From: Eledone cirrhosa
Lineage: Eukaryota
DNA: 64,000 bases
Reading direction: 5' to 3'
NCBI GenBank assembly: GCA_964016885.1
Contig: OZ024751.1
Coordinates: 47,554,001-47,618,000, forward strand
Both the position numbers and the translations under genes were made by a program. Below, in pieces: positions 12,959 to 24,700 of this stretch (the first letter of the stretch is position 1; every line of letters begins with the position of its first letter). A model generated the notes under the pieces. That model had not been told where the DNA came from, did no database searches, and saw only the letters and a list, made by a program, of their open reading frames with translations.

Positions 12959-13299
12959 TGTATGTATGTATATACGTGTGTTTGTGTGTTTGTATTTTTA
13001 TTGACGGAATTGAAGCTTCAGTTCGTCAGAGCGAATGACAAATTCATTTTATGGTTTCTAACTGGAATAACAAATGGACAAACAGTTTGTTGTGAATGAT
13101 TATACTTTCAACCCTCTCAATCAACACTATATGATCTACATATCAACTCCCCCTGCCTTGATTCAGCTGAACATCCAGTATTTGATAGTTAGAAAAAGGG
13201 AGAGACGACTGTACCAGTAGTGGGTTGGTACTTTCTTTATCGATCCCTAAGGAACAAATATCCAACGATCTAATAATTCTGCCAAATCGACCATTATGG

Positions 13300-13376
<77 letters not shown>

Positions 13377-13424
13377 TAGATAGATACATGCATATATATA
13401 TATATACTTACATACACATACACA

Positions 13425-13459
<35 letters not shown>

Positions 13460-14604
13460 ATATATATATATACATATGTGTGTGTGTGTGTCTATATATA
13501 TATATATATTTAATTTTATTTCTCTCCTATTTTCTCTTTGATGCCAAGTATAGGATTAAGTTGAATTCTAAGAAAGATTCCATTTCAAGGAGGATTACAC
13601 CCCAGGGTCAGTGGTGGGGAAATATCGTAGCTTAAATTAAATAAGGAGACCAATGGTCTAAAGGGGTTAAGTTTGTAAGAATTTCTTAGAAGACGGAATA
13701 TTTCCCCTAATCTCATCTTTCCGTCTTCGGAATTAAATCCTTTTTGCGACTGTTGGAAACTAAAATTTACATCGAGTAGGATGTAAAATAAGTAACGAAT
13801 GGATTTCCCTCACAGCCTCCGCTGATAAGAGAACTGTAAGTTTAGTTATAAAATGAGATACATATCCCTGCAGAGAAAACAGACGTGAATGAGGAAGATG
13901 GCGATGATGGCGATGATGATGGTGTCCAACTATATTCTCACCATTTACAGCAGATGGGTGGGGGAAAAAGAAAAAAAACGGTGACGTGTATAGACATGCT
14001 GTTTTTTTTTCTGTAGAAATTACAGCTTCTAACCAAATTTCTTTCACTAGGGGGTCAAACCAATGCTATGCTAAACACTTTCTGAAGCTGCCACATAGTG
14101 TGATAGATCGCAGAACCTAATGATTGCAAAGCGTATGCTTTGTATATGTATATTTCGTACATTCGTCCATGCTACGTCCACACAAAATGGAACAAGAATA
14201 AAGGAAGCCATGTTGCCCTGTGATTAACTTATTCATCTATCCACTTGGTGTATCAGCATGTTGCAATCAGTTTGGGTAAAGCGAGATATTGATAAAGTTA
14301 AAGTACAACACAAAGGGAAGAAATAGTTATTATTTAATCATACGTCTGGTCAGACTCTAGAGCTCTATGGTACTACAGAATCCATTAATCTTACAGTCAA
14401 AAGAAACACATGTTATTATATATGTCTCTCTATAGTGAAAGAAGGTTTTACGTTTTTACGTGTGAAGTTCTCCCTTTTCTCTTAAGTTTGCGTTTTTCAC
14501 ATCATTTCCGCCATTTTATGAAATTCTATCTAAATGAATGACTGAATTCAAGCTTTGATGTATTACATTACATTACACAGACAGACTGTTAGACAGACAG
14601 ACAT

Positions 14605-14716
<112 letters not shown>

Positions 14717-14805
14717 ACATGCACACGCACGTATACACACATGGGTATATACAAGAGTATATATATATATACATATATATATGAGTATATATACATATAT
14801 AAGTG

Positions 14806-14836
<31 letters not shown>

Positions 14837-15185
14837 ATGTATATGTGTGTGTGTGTATTTGTGTATGTGTGTGTTTGTATGTGTGTTCCTGTGTGAAATC
14901 AAATAAGATACCAACTGACAGAATCCTCGTTGTTTTGATTCATATTTTGAGCTGGCATTGATGCGAATGTATACGCAGACACTCACACAGAATAAAGCGT
15001 AGAACCACACACACATATACATACAGAAAAAAGCGCACATGCAAACAGGCACACGCGTACACATGGATATTTGTGCGTGAATATATACATTCTGGGTATA
15101 TGATTTAGGTTGTCTTAGATCTCTTGTTCTAAATAAAAGAAAATAAATTAAGATGAGAGAAAGGCGGGAGAGAGAGATAGATAGT

Positions 15186-15248
<63 letters not shown>

Positions 15249-15689
15249 CGAGAGAGAGAGAGAGAGAGGGAGAGAGAAAGAGAGGGAGAAAGAGATAGTA
15301 TGTCTGCATAAAGTATTCAATAAATTATTTAAGTGTATATCTGAGCATATCTACATGCATACGTATGTGTGTGCGTGTGTGTGTCTGTGTATGTATGTGT
15401 GTGTGCATGTGTGTGCATGTGTGTGTATGTGTGTGTGTGTATGTGTGTATGTATGTGTGCATGTGTGTGTGTCTATGTGTGTGCATGTGTATGTGTGTGT
15501 GTATATATGTGTGTGTGTGTGTGTTTATAATTATTTATTCATTTCTTCTCATAATTTGCGTCCAAAAGTTCTGACAGTTAAAACGAGGAAATCAATAGTT
15601 GATTACTTTTCTGAATACAAGAGCAACAGGGTAGCATATGTAACTAGGTATAGAACAATTATCACAAAGGTCTTCTTTCTTAAAGCACG

Positions 15690-15900
15690 TAACGTTTAGA
15701 GTGTTCGGCTCATGATCGTAAGTTTCTGGGTTCGATTCTCAACGGTCCAATGTAATTTTCTTCAGCAAATCTCTTTATTTCACCTTAATCCAGTTCACTG
15801 GACTTTTACCTGTAATACAAAAACGACCAACCTTGTCACACACTATATCAGGTGGAATCTCCCTTAGAATTACATTAAGTCTACACGTGTCTGTGGAATA
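15690..15900 (+). mobile_element. Degraded second tRNA-derived SINE family (related copy ~59760-60050)
   Basis: GGTTCGATTCTC B box; shared body GAATCTCCC..AGAATTA..TTAAG...ACGTGTCTGT. Confidence 0.5.
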
Positions 15901-16069
15901 TGCAGTTTCGTTGTTCGAAAAATAATCTAACCCTAACCCTAATCCTAACACACGGTGACGGTACAACAACATATATCATATATGTATAATCTTCTTCTTC
16001 TTCTTCTTCTTCTTCTTCTTCTTCTTCTTCTTCTTCTTCTTCTTCTTCTTCTTCTTCTTCTTCACCCAC

Positions 16070-16300
16070 TTATTCCTGAGAGGACCATGGGGACATAGTC
16101 CTCAAAGACCTCCCATCGGGTCCTGTCAGAAGCAACCGTCTCCAATTGATCCGGTTGGATCCCCAAGCGAGACCAGCCAAGCTCATGGATGTTACCCAAG
16201 CATCTTGCCAATTGGTTTCGCCCGTAAAATCTGTCCGGCGATTCTCTCTTGAGACATTCTAACCACATGCCCATAGTATCGGAGCTGTGACCTATCAATT
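16070..16300 (-). mobile_element. 3' end of an RTE-like LINE with (GAA)n tail
   Basis: Translation ...LGIQPDQLETVASDRTRWEVF resembles the RTE C-terminus (..A.DR..W) and is followed by a (GAA)n tail on the sense strand. Confidence 0.5.
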
Positions 16301-16409
16301 CGGAGATGTACGTTACTATATCTCCCAGTGTCTATACTAGTGTATAATTGTATTTACGTGATCAGTGATCACATGTCATGCGGTTTTCCACCCCCAACAA
16401 TAATCTCTT

Positions 16410-16446
<37 letters not shown>

Positions 16447-17206
16447 TAGGAAAATAAATCCCGTGACTCTACATTCACGTGACTATATGTGCAAACATGT
16501 ATTTATATGATCACATGACATGCGCCATTCCACCCACAACAAAACCCCTTAAAAAATAGTAAAATAAATGAAAGCCAAAACCATAAGAAAAATAAATGAA
16601 AACCAAAAATACAAGAAAAAAAAAAACAACAAAATAAAGAACCAAACCATTTTCCCAATACCAAGTGCAAACAGCAATAGAAAGAATCATTTTCAATTCA
16701 TAAGGTTTCTTCTCACACGAAGCTTTACCAATTTCTTGGAATAAACATTTCCTTGGAACGGAAACAAACCTTTACTAAAAACTGTTGTCGGATTTTTCCC
16801 CCAGAAAAATTTATTCTTTCTTTCATTCCGTAATTTCCATTTGTTTTGGAACTTTATAGGAATATTTACTTTTCTAAGACAAATTTGGACTATTTTTTAC
16901 TGTTTTTTTTAATTTTATTTTATTTATTTATTTATTTATTTATTTATTCATGTTCCGTTAAATTACAAAAAAATAAATTCTTGTTTTACTTAACATCAGA
17001 ATGATATTCAGTGAGTTCTGAAATTCTAAAGTGTCAACTCTGGAATTCTTAAGAAAAGTGCTTGTTTTTTTTTTTTCTTTTACTTCTTAAGTGGTAAAAC
17101 TCCATTCCCCGACCCACTCCTTTATTTTCCTATTGTAAACAACCAGTCTTAAGAGTAACTCATACTTAGCTAAATATATAGCCTGAACTTACACTAATAC
17201 ACACAG

Positions 17207-17280
<74 letters not shown>

Positions 17281-17371
17281 ACGTATATCTATATATATAT
17301 ATAAGTTTTCATGCTACATATATTATATATGTATATATATATATATACGTATACACACACACACACACATA

Positions 17372-17422
<51 letters not shown>

Positions 17423-17426
17423 GTAT

Positions 17427-17483
<57 letters not shown>

Positions 17484-17500
17484 AGTGTGTGTGTGTATAC

Positions 17501-17535
<35 letters not shown>

Positions 17536-17658
17536 ATATGTAGCATGAAACTTATATTGGGCATGACATGTGAAAAATGGTGCCTCTCTTCTTTCATTTT
17601 CTTTTTTCTCCGTTTTCTTCCATAAATTATTTCTATCCTTTTTTTGCTGATCGATATA

Positions 17659-17703
<45 letters not shown>

Positions 17704-17779
17704 ATATATATATATATATATATATATATAAGTTTTCATGCTACATATATTATATATATATATATATATATATACGTAT

Positions 17780-17833
<54 letters not shown>

Positions 17834-17837
17834 GTAT

Positions 17838-17951
<114 letters not shown>

Positions 17952-18082
17952 TGCGTGTGTGTGTAAAAATATATAGATTTACAAAGTAGATAACTTAGTT
18001 ATGTTTCGACCAATATTGGCCCAGAACATGTCTAACTTAAAAGCAACACATGACGAAGTCTTTGAAACCATGCTTCTCACAG

Positions 18083-19332
18083 TCATGGTCGGGACACCAT
18101 GGCCCACACCAGTAAAGAGTACATATTACCGGGTGTGAGTCATGGTCGGGACACCATGGCCCACAACAGTAAAGAGTAAATATTACCGGGTGTGGGTCAT
18201 GGTCGGGACACCATGGCCCACACCAGTAAAGAGTACATATTACCGGGTGTGAGTCATGGTCGGGACACCATGGCCCACAACAGTAAAGAGTAAATATTAC
18301 CGGGTGTGGGTCATGGTCGGGACACCATGGCCCACACCAGTAAAGAGTACATATTACCGGGTGTGAGTCATGGTCGGGACACCATGGCCCACAACAGTAA
18401 AGAGTAAATATTACCGGGTGTGGGTCATGGTCGGGACACCATGGCCCACACCAGTAAAGAGTACATATTACCGGGTGTGAGTCATGGTCGGGACACCATG
18501 GCCCACACCAGTAAAGAGTACATATTACCTGGTGTGAGTCATGGTCGGGACACCATGGCCCACAACAGTAAAGAGTAAATATTACCGGGTGTGGGTCATG
18601 GTCGGGACACCATGGCCCACACCAGTAAAGAGTACATATTACCGGGTGTGGGTCATGGTCGGGACACCATGGCTCACACCAGTAAAGAGTACATATTACC
18701 TGGTGTGGGTCATGGTCGGGACACCATGGCCCACACCAGTAAAGAGTAAATATTACCGGGTGTGGGTCATGGTCGGGACACCATGGCCCACACCAGTAAA
18801 GAGTAAATATTACCGGGTGTGAGTCATGGTCGGGACACCATGGCCCACAACAGTAAAGAGTACATATTACCTGGTGTGCGTCATGGTCGGGACACCATGG
18901 CCCACACCAGTAAAGAGTAAATATTACCGGGTGTGAGTCATGGTTGGGACACCATGGCCCACACCAGTAAAGAGTAAATATTACCGGGTGTGAGTCATGG
19001 TTGGGACACCATGGCCCACACCAGTAAAGAGTAAATATTACCGGGTGTGAGTCATGGTCGGGACACCATGGCCCACACCAGTAAAGAGTACATATTACCT
19101 GGTGTGCGTCATGGTCGGGACACCATGGCCCACACCAGTAAAGAGTAAATATTACCGGGTGTGGGTCATGGTCGGGACACCATGGCCCACACCAGTAAAG
19201 AGTACATATTACCTGGTGTGAGTCATGGTTGGGACACCATGGCCCACAACAGTAAAGAGTAAATATCACCGGGTGTGAGTCATGGTCGGGACACCATGGC
19301 CCACACCAGTAAAGAGTACATATTACCTGGTG
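18083..19332. repeat. 57-bp minisatellite, ~22 copies
   Basis: Unit CATGGTCGGGACACCATGGCCCACACCAGTAAAGAGTACATATTACCGGGTGTGAGT, with a few recurring variant sites. Confidence 0.97.
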
Positions 19333-19416
19333 TAGGGGATTTATCCGGAATTTCTTCGAGGAATTTTCTAGCGAAATATTTATTATATTTATTATTATAT
19401 ATTATTTATAAAAATA

Positions 19417-19475
19417 ACAGATTAAAGTTTAAGCAAAGAATCGCTGCTTTCACCCATAACGGGATTTTCTGAAAC
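19417..19475 (-). ncRNA. Hammerhead-like fold, family J (degenerate core CAGAAAA)
   Basis: Reverse complement of the motif at 58591-58667 and 63583-63659. Confidence 0.35.
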
Positions 19476-19507
19476 TCAGAAGATATATATATATATCATA
19501 TTATATT

Positions 19508-19692
19508 ATTGGCAGTATCGGTAGAGGGTTGGACGCCATGCTTTCTAGCATAGTTACGTCCCTTTACGGTCTGAGTTTAAATCTCGTCGAGGTTAACTTT
19601 GCCTTTCATCCTTACGGGGTCGATAAAATAAAAAGTACCAGTAATGTACTGGGTAGTTGCTGGCCTTGTGCCAAAAAGTAGAAACAATTATA
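19508..19692 (+). mobile_element. tRNA-derived SINE
   Basis: A box TGGCAGTATCGG, B box-like GAGTTTAAATCT, family body, (TTA) tail. Confidence 0.85.
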
Positions 19693-19757
19693 TTATATTT
19701 ATATATATCCTTATCGAGCCCTCTTCGGATTTTAGTCTTCACATTTATTATTATTAC

Positions 19758-19859
<102 letters not shown>

Positions 19860-21129
19860 AGAGTATTGAAGTTTGCTTGAAGCATTGTGGAACAATAAGT
19901 AAATATCTTTAAGTCGTTTGGAAGCCTCGACAATGCAAGTGGGTAAATCTCCGGGTAACAAGGTCCGGTGGTGGAGAGAGAGATGTAAGTGGGTGTACGT
20001 TGAGATGCGTGGTGTGTATAAGATGTGTGAGACGTGTAGAATGAAGGGAAGAGTATAAAGGATAAAATTAAAATAACAACACAAGAGAGAGTTACCTTGG
20101 GAGAGATTTAATAGTCCCTATATATTTCGGATTCACATCCATCAACTGGGGTTTTTTTCCGGGGTGGGGGAAAAGGTTGTCTGTCGGACAAGTCCGGAAC
20201 GCGTCCTTCGCTGTTTGTTGTTTTGAATATATATATATATATATATCGTATTCCACCAGAGTGTTTATGAAGAAAACGATCGATTGAACAGGAATTTCGA
20301 GATTAGAAATAGGTAGTAGCCTGCATACTGCCATGCTAGTCGATACATCGATCATTCACGATCAGTTGACCCTCGGAAACGATCGTAAAACTAATTAACT
20401 ATCTACGTCTAACTTCTGTCTACGTATACAGTTTGAACCTCTAGCGACTGTTCTGCTGGTAATTCGGGGTCACAGTGTCTACCAAAATAGTCGAACACTA
20501 TTCTTGGAATATTAAGACGAAAACAAAAGAAATCTCAGGCGAAAAAAATTAAATGTACTGTAAATAAGTAGAGTACTATACGTGACGAAACGGGTGGGTT
20601 AGAGATTATGGCCCGTTGAAATAGACGCACCTACCATGTGTGTCTATATGTAAGTATGTATGTATGTAGTGATGGATGGATGCATATATGTAAGTATGCA
20701 TATATGTATGCACATATGTATGTATTTATGTATTTATGTATGTATGTTTTTTACAACACATCTCTACGATAGGGAAACTCTGAAAAGAAATCTGCGGTTT
20801 CGGAAACATCCGGTGATGTTGACCAGTTTTCCTTTTCGGGTAGTGTTTTCGATGCTCAGAGAGTGGGATTGGTCGAATGCAAGGCCTTTTTCCACTTGAA
20901 AAACCTTCAAAGCACAGGCATTGCTTGTTCAGGATATGTTACAGGTTCGTGTGGCTTATCGTAGCCTAAAAGTGCACCAAACTCTATAATCTGACAAGCA
21001 ACTACAATACTCTTAGCAGAGTTTGCAGCCATCACATGTATGTATGTAAGTATGTATGTATGTATGTATGTATGTATGTATGTATGTATGTATGTATGTA
21101 TGTATGTATGTATGTATGTATGTATGTGT

Positions 21130-21700
21130 GTCGGGTCACTCTTGAATGCTACTGGTAACATGTATCCCAGTACAACCTGTGGCATGGTCGGGTCGTCGGC
21201 GACTAAACCGGCAATCCAACCAAGTTTACTTGGTAAGGAGGGTGATTGGACACCCTGCAGGACAAAAAACAAAACCTGAGAAAGGGCGGAAGAACTCATA
21301 AGAGTCAACGGCCATCCAAAAGTGTGTAAATATATATATACACATGTACATATGTATGTATATGTATATGTGTATATACATGGGCGCAGTTAAACCACTG
21401 GGAGTGAAGGACCCCTAGCCTTTGTCATGGCATCCTTCTAGGAGAAGGCAACCCAGGAAACTGGGATAACTCCGATAAAAAACCTGCGGCTCAGTAGTTA
21501 CAAATGATGTTGATATTTTCTTCTTTTCTGGTTATAGCTACTGTCGCTCAGAGAGTGGGATTGGTTCAGTGCACAGTCTTTCCTCACTTTAAAAAATATC
21601 TTCACGCACAGGCATTGCATGATAGAATTAATTAATAATTATTAATAATGGTATATCGTGCAATGGCCATACTCGATAACGAGGGGCAGCCATCAGCATG
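21130..21700 (+). mobile_element. Diverged relative of the (ATGT)-tailed element, with the longest 5' end
   Basis: Aligns to 12402-12958 (CATGG.CGGGTCG..GGCG.CTAAAC.GGCA; AAGAGTCAA.GGCCATCCAAAA; TAGGAGAAGG; GGCC.TACTCGA.AACGAG..GGCAGCCA), interrupted by a microsatellite. Confidence 0.65.
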
Positions 21701-21715
21701 TACGTATGAATGTAT

Positions 21716-24700
21716 GTTATCTCTTTCTCTTAATTTCAAGTATATTTTTTTGACCGGCCACTTTCCTGGTGGCAAGGTTGTAAAAGAAAAGAAATTGTCA
21801 TCCCTTGAATCGCAAGAATGCTTTTCAAATTTTGAAGGTGCCAGCTATCGCAGCCATTTGTAGACTATGAATTAGGGAGCTGCGCTTTTTGTCCGCAAAT
21901 CCAAGTTCGGTCATACTTTGGTCCAAGCGGGTTGGTATATAACCCGTAGCTCCAATAATGATGGGTATGAAGCTAAAGGTGTATCTTGGATACTGGATTT
22001 GTAAACTCATCAATAGTCCATAGATGTCCTCCTTCTCATGTATTTTTCTGACATCGTTTACATCAAGTGGGCAGCTGATCTCCACAACAGAACACGTTTT
22101 CAATGTGTGGTCCCAAACAACAATATCAGGCCGGTTGTGCTTTAATTTGGTGGCAGTTTTTATTTTCAGGTTTCACCAGTATTCTTTAGTGCCATCTGTC
22201 TCAATATATTCTTCCTCGTTTGTGGCTAATTTTGTTTTCCGAAGTGCGTTACAGATGGTTCTAGCTATCCCATCGTGTCTCATGGGGAGGTAGTAGCGAG
22301 ATGACATTCTTTCGCAGCTGGCAACAATGTGGTTTACATCCTCGATCTTTGTTTTACATAGCCTACATTTATTGTCAGCTGATGGCCCTCCCATTTTGTG
22401 CAGCATATATTTGGTAGGGAGTTCTTGTTCCTGTATTGCATAGAGATATCCCTCAAGGTGTGATGTCATAAACTTGTCGGAACTCCATGCCAGGCTTTTT
22501 GAGTGGTTTATCCCCTCTATGGTCTGTGTTTTACGTCTCAAGTATCCATGCACAACTTTTTCTGTAAATTGGCCAATTTTGTTATCTTGTTTTAACATTT
22601 GTATGTATGTATGTATGTATGTATGTATGTATGTATGTATGTATGTATGTATGTATCTTGGTTAAGAGAGTGGGACTGGCTTTGTGCAGTGCCTTTGCTC
22701 ACTATAAAAGCTTCACGACACAGGCATTGCTTTATATCTGGAGACCTCTCTGCACTTGTCGTCACATGGTACCATGGACCTAGCACTATGTGTCAATAAT
22801 TGTCAAAGTGTAGTGTTTGTACCAGAGTTTTCAAATAGCTGTCTGGACTAAAAAGTCACACTTGTTCAGCGCTTCGGTAGGGGTTCTCCTACATGGATAT
22901 AAAGTAGTGGCCGTACTCGAAAACGAGTTGGCAGCCACCATGTATGTATGTATGTATGTATGTATGTATGTATGTATGTATGTATGTATGTATGTTTTCT
23001 CTTTCTCTTAATTTCGAGTATATTTTTTTGACCGGCCACCTTCCTGGTGGCAAGGTTGTAAAAGAAAAGAAATTGTCATCCCTTGAATCGCAAGAATGTT
23101 TTGCAAATTTTGAAGGTGCCAGCTATCGCAGCCATTTGTAGACTATGAATTAGGGAGCTGCGCTTTTTGTCCACAAATCCAAGTTCAGTCATACTTTGGT
23201 CCAAGCGGGTTGGTATATAACCCGTAGCACCAATAATGATGGGTATGAAGCTAAAGGTGTATCTTGGATACTGGATTTGTAAACTCCTCATCAATGGTCC
23301 GTAGATGTCCTCCTTTTCCTGTATTTTTCTGACAACGTTTACATCAAGTGGGCAGCTGATCTCCACAACAGAACACGTTTTCAATGTGTGGTCCCAAACT
23401 ACAATATCAGGCCGGTTGTGCTTTAATTTGGTGGCAGTTTTTATTTTCAGGTTCCACCAGTATTCCTTAGTGCCATCTGTCTCAATATATTCTTCCTCGT
23501 TTGTTGTTAATTTTGTTTTCCGAAGTGCGTTCCAGATGGTTCTAGCCATCCCATCGTGTCTCATGGGGAGGTAGTAGCGAGATGACATTCTTTCGTAGCT
23601 GGCAACAATGTGGCTTACATCCTCGATCTTTGTTTTACATAGCCTACATTTATTGTCAGCTGCTGGCCCTCCTCTTTTGTGCAGCAGATATTTGGTAGGG
23701 AGTTCTTGTTCCTGTATTGCATAGAGATATCCCTCAAGGTGTGATGTCATAAACTTGTCGGAACTCCATGCCAGGCTTTTTGAGTGGTTTATCCCCTCTA
23801 TGGTCTGTGTTTTACGCCTCAAGTATCCATGCACAACTTTTTCTGTAAATTGGTCAATTTTTTTATCTTGTTTGAACATTGAATAGGATCTTCCGATTTC
23901 TCTGGGTGAGAGATTTATATCAGGCTTTATTCCATATCTCTCCTCTATGTATGTATGTATGTATGTATGTATGTATGTATGTATGTATGTATGTATGTAT
24001 GTATGTATGTATGTGTATGTATGTATGTATGTATGTATGTTTTCTCTTTCTCTTAATTTCGAGTATATTTTTTTGACCGGCCACCTTCCTGGTGGCAAGG
24101 TTGTAAAAGAAAAGAAATTGTCATCCCTTGAATCGCAAGAATGTTTTGCATATTTTGAAGGTGCCAGCTATCGCAGCCATTTGTAGACTATGAATTAGGG
24201 AGCTGCGCTTTTTGTCCGCAAATCCAAGTTCGGTCATACTTTGGTCCAAGCGGGTTGGTATATAACCCGTAGCTCCAATAATGATGGGTATGAAGCTAAA
24301 GGTGTATCTTGGATACTGGATTTGTAAACTCATCAATAGTCCATAGATGTCCTCCTTCTCATGTATTTTTCTGACATCGTTTACATCAAGTGGGCAGCTG
24401 ATCTCCACAACAGAACACGTTTTCAATGTGTGGTCCCAAACAACAATATCAGGCCGGTTGTGCTTTAATTTGGTGGCAGTTTTTATTTTCAGGTTTCACC
24501 AGTATTCTTTAGTGCCATCTGTCTCAATATATTCTTCCTCGTTTGTGGCTAATTTTGTTTTCCGAAGTGCGTTACAGATGGTTCTAGCTATCCCATCGTG
24601 TCTCATGGGGAGGTAGTAGCGAGATGACATTCTTTCGCAGCTGGCAACAATGTGGTTTACATCCTCGATCTTTGTTTTACATAGCCTACATTTATTGTCA

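Noticed and set aside
15927-15950. Telomere-like (CCCTAA) repeats
   Set aside because: Only about four imperfect units; no support for a telomeric origin.
18083-19332. CRISPR-like array
   Set aside because: Units are contiguous with no unique spacers, and the context is eukaryotic.
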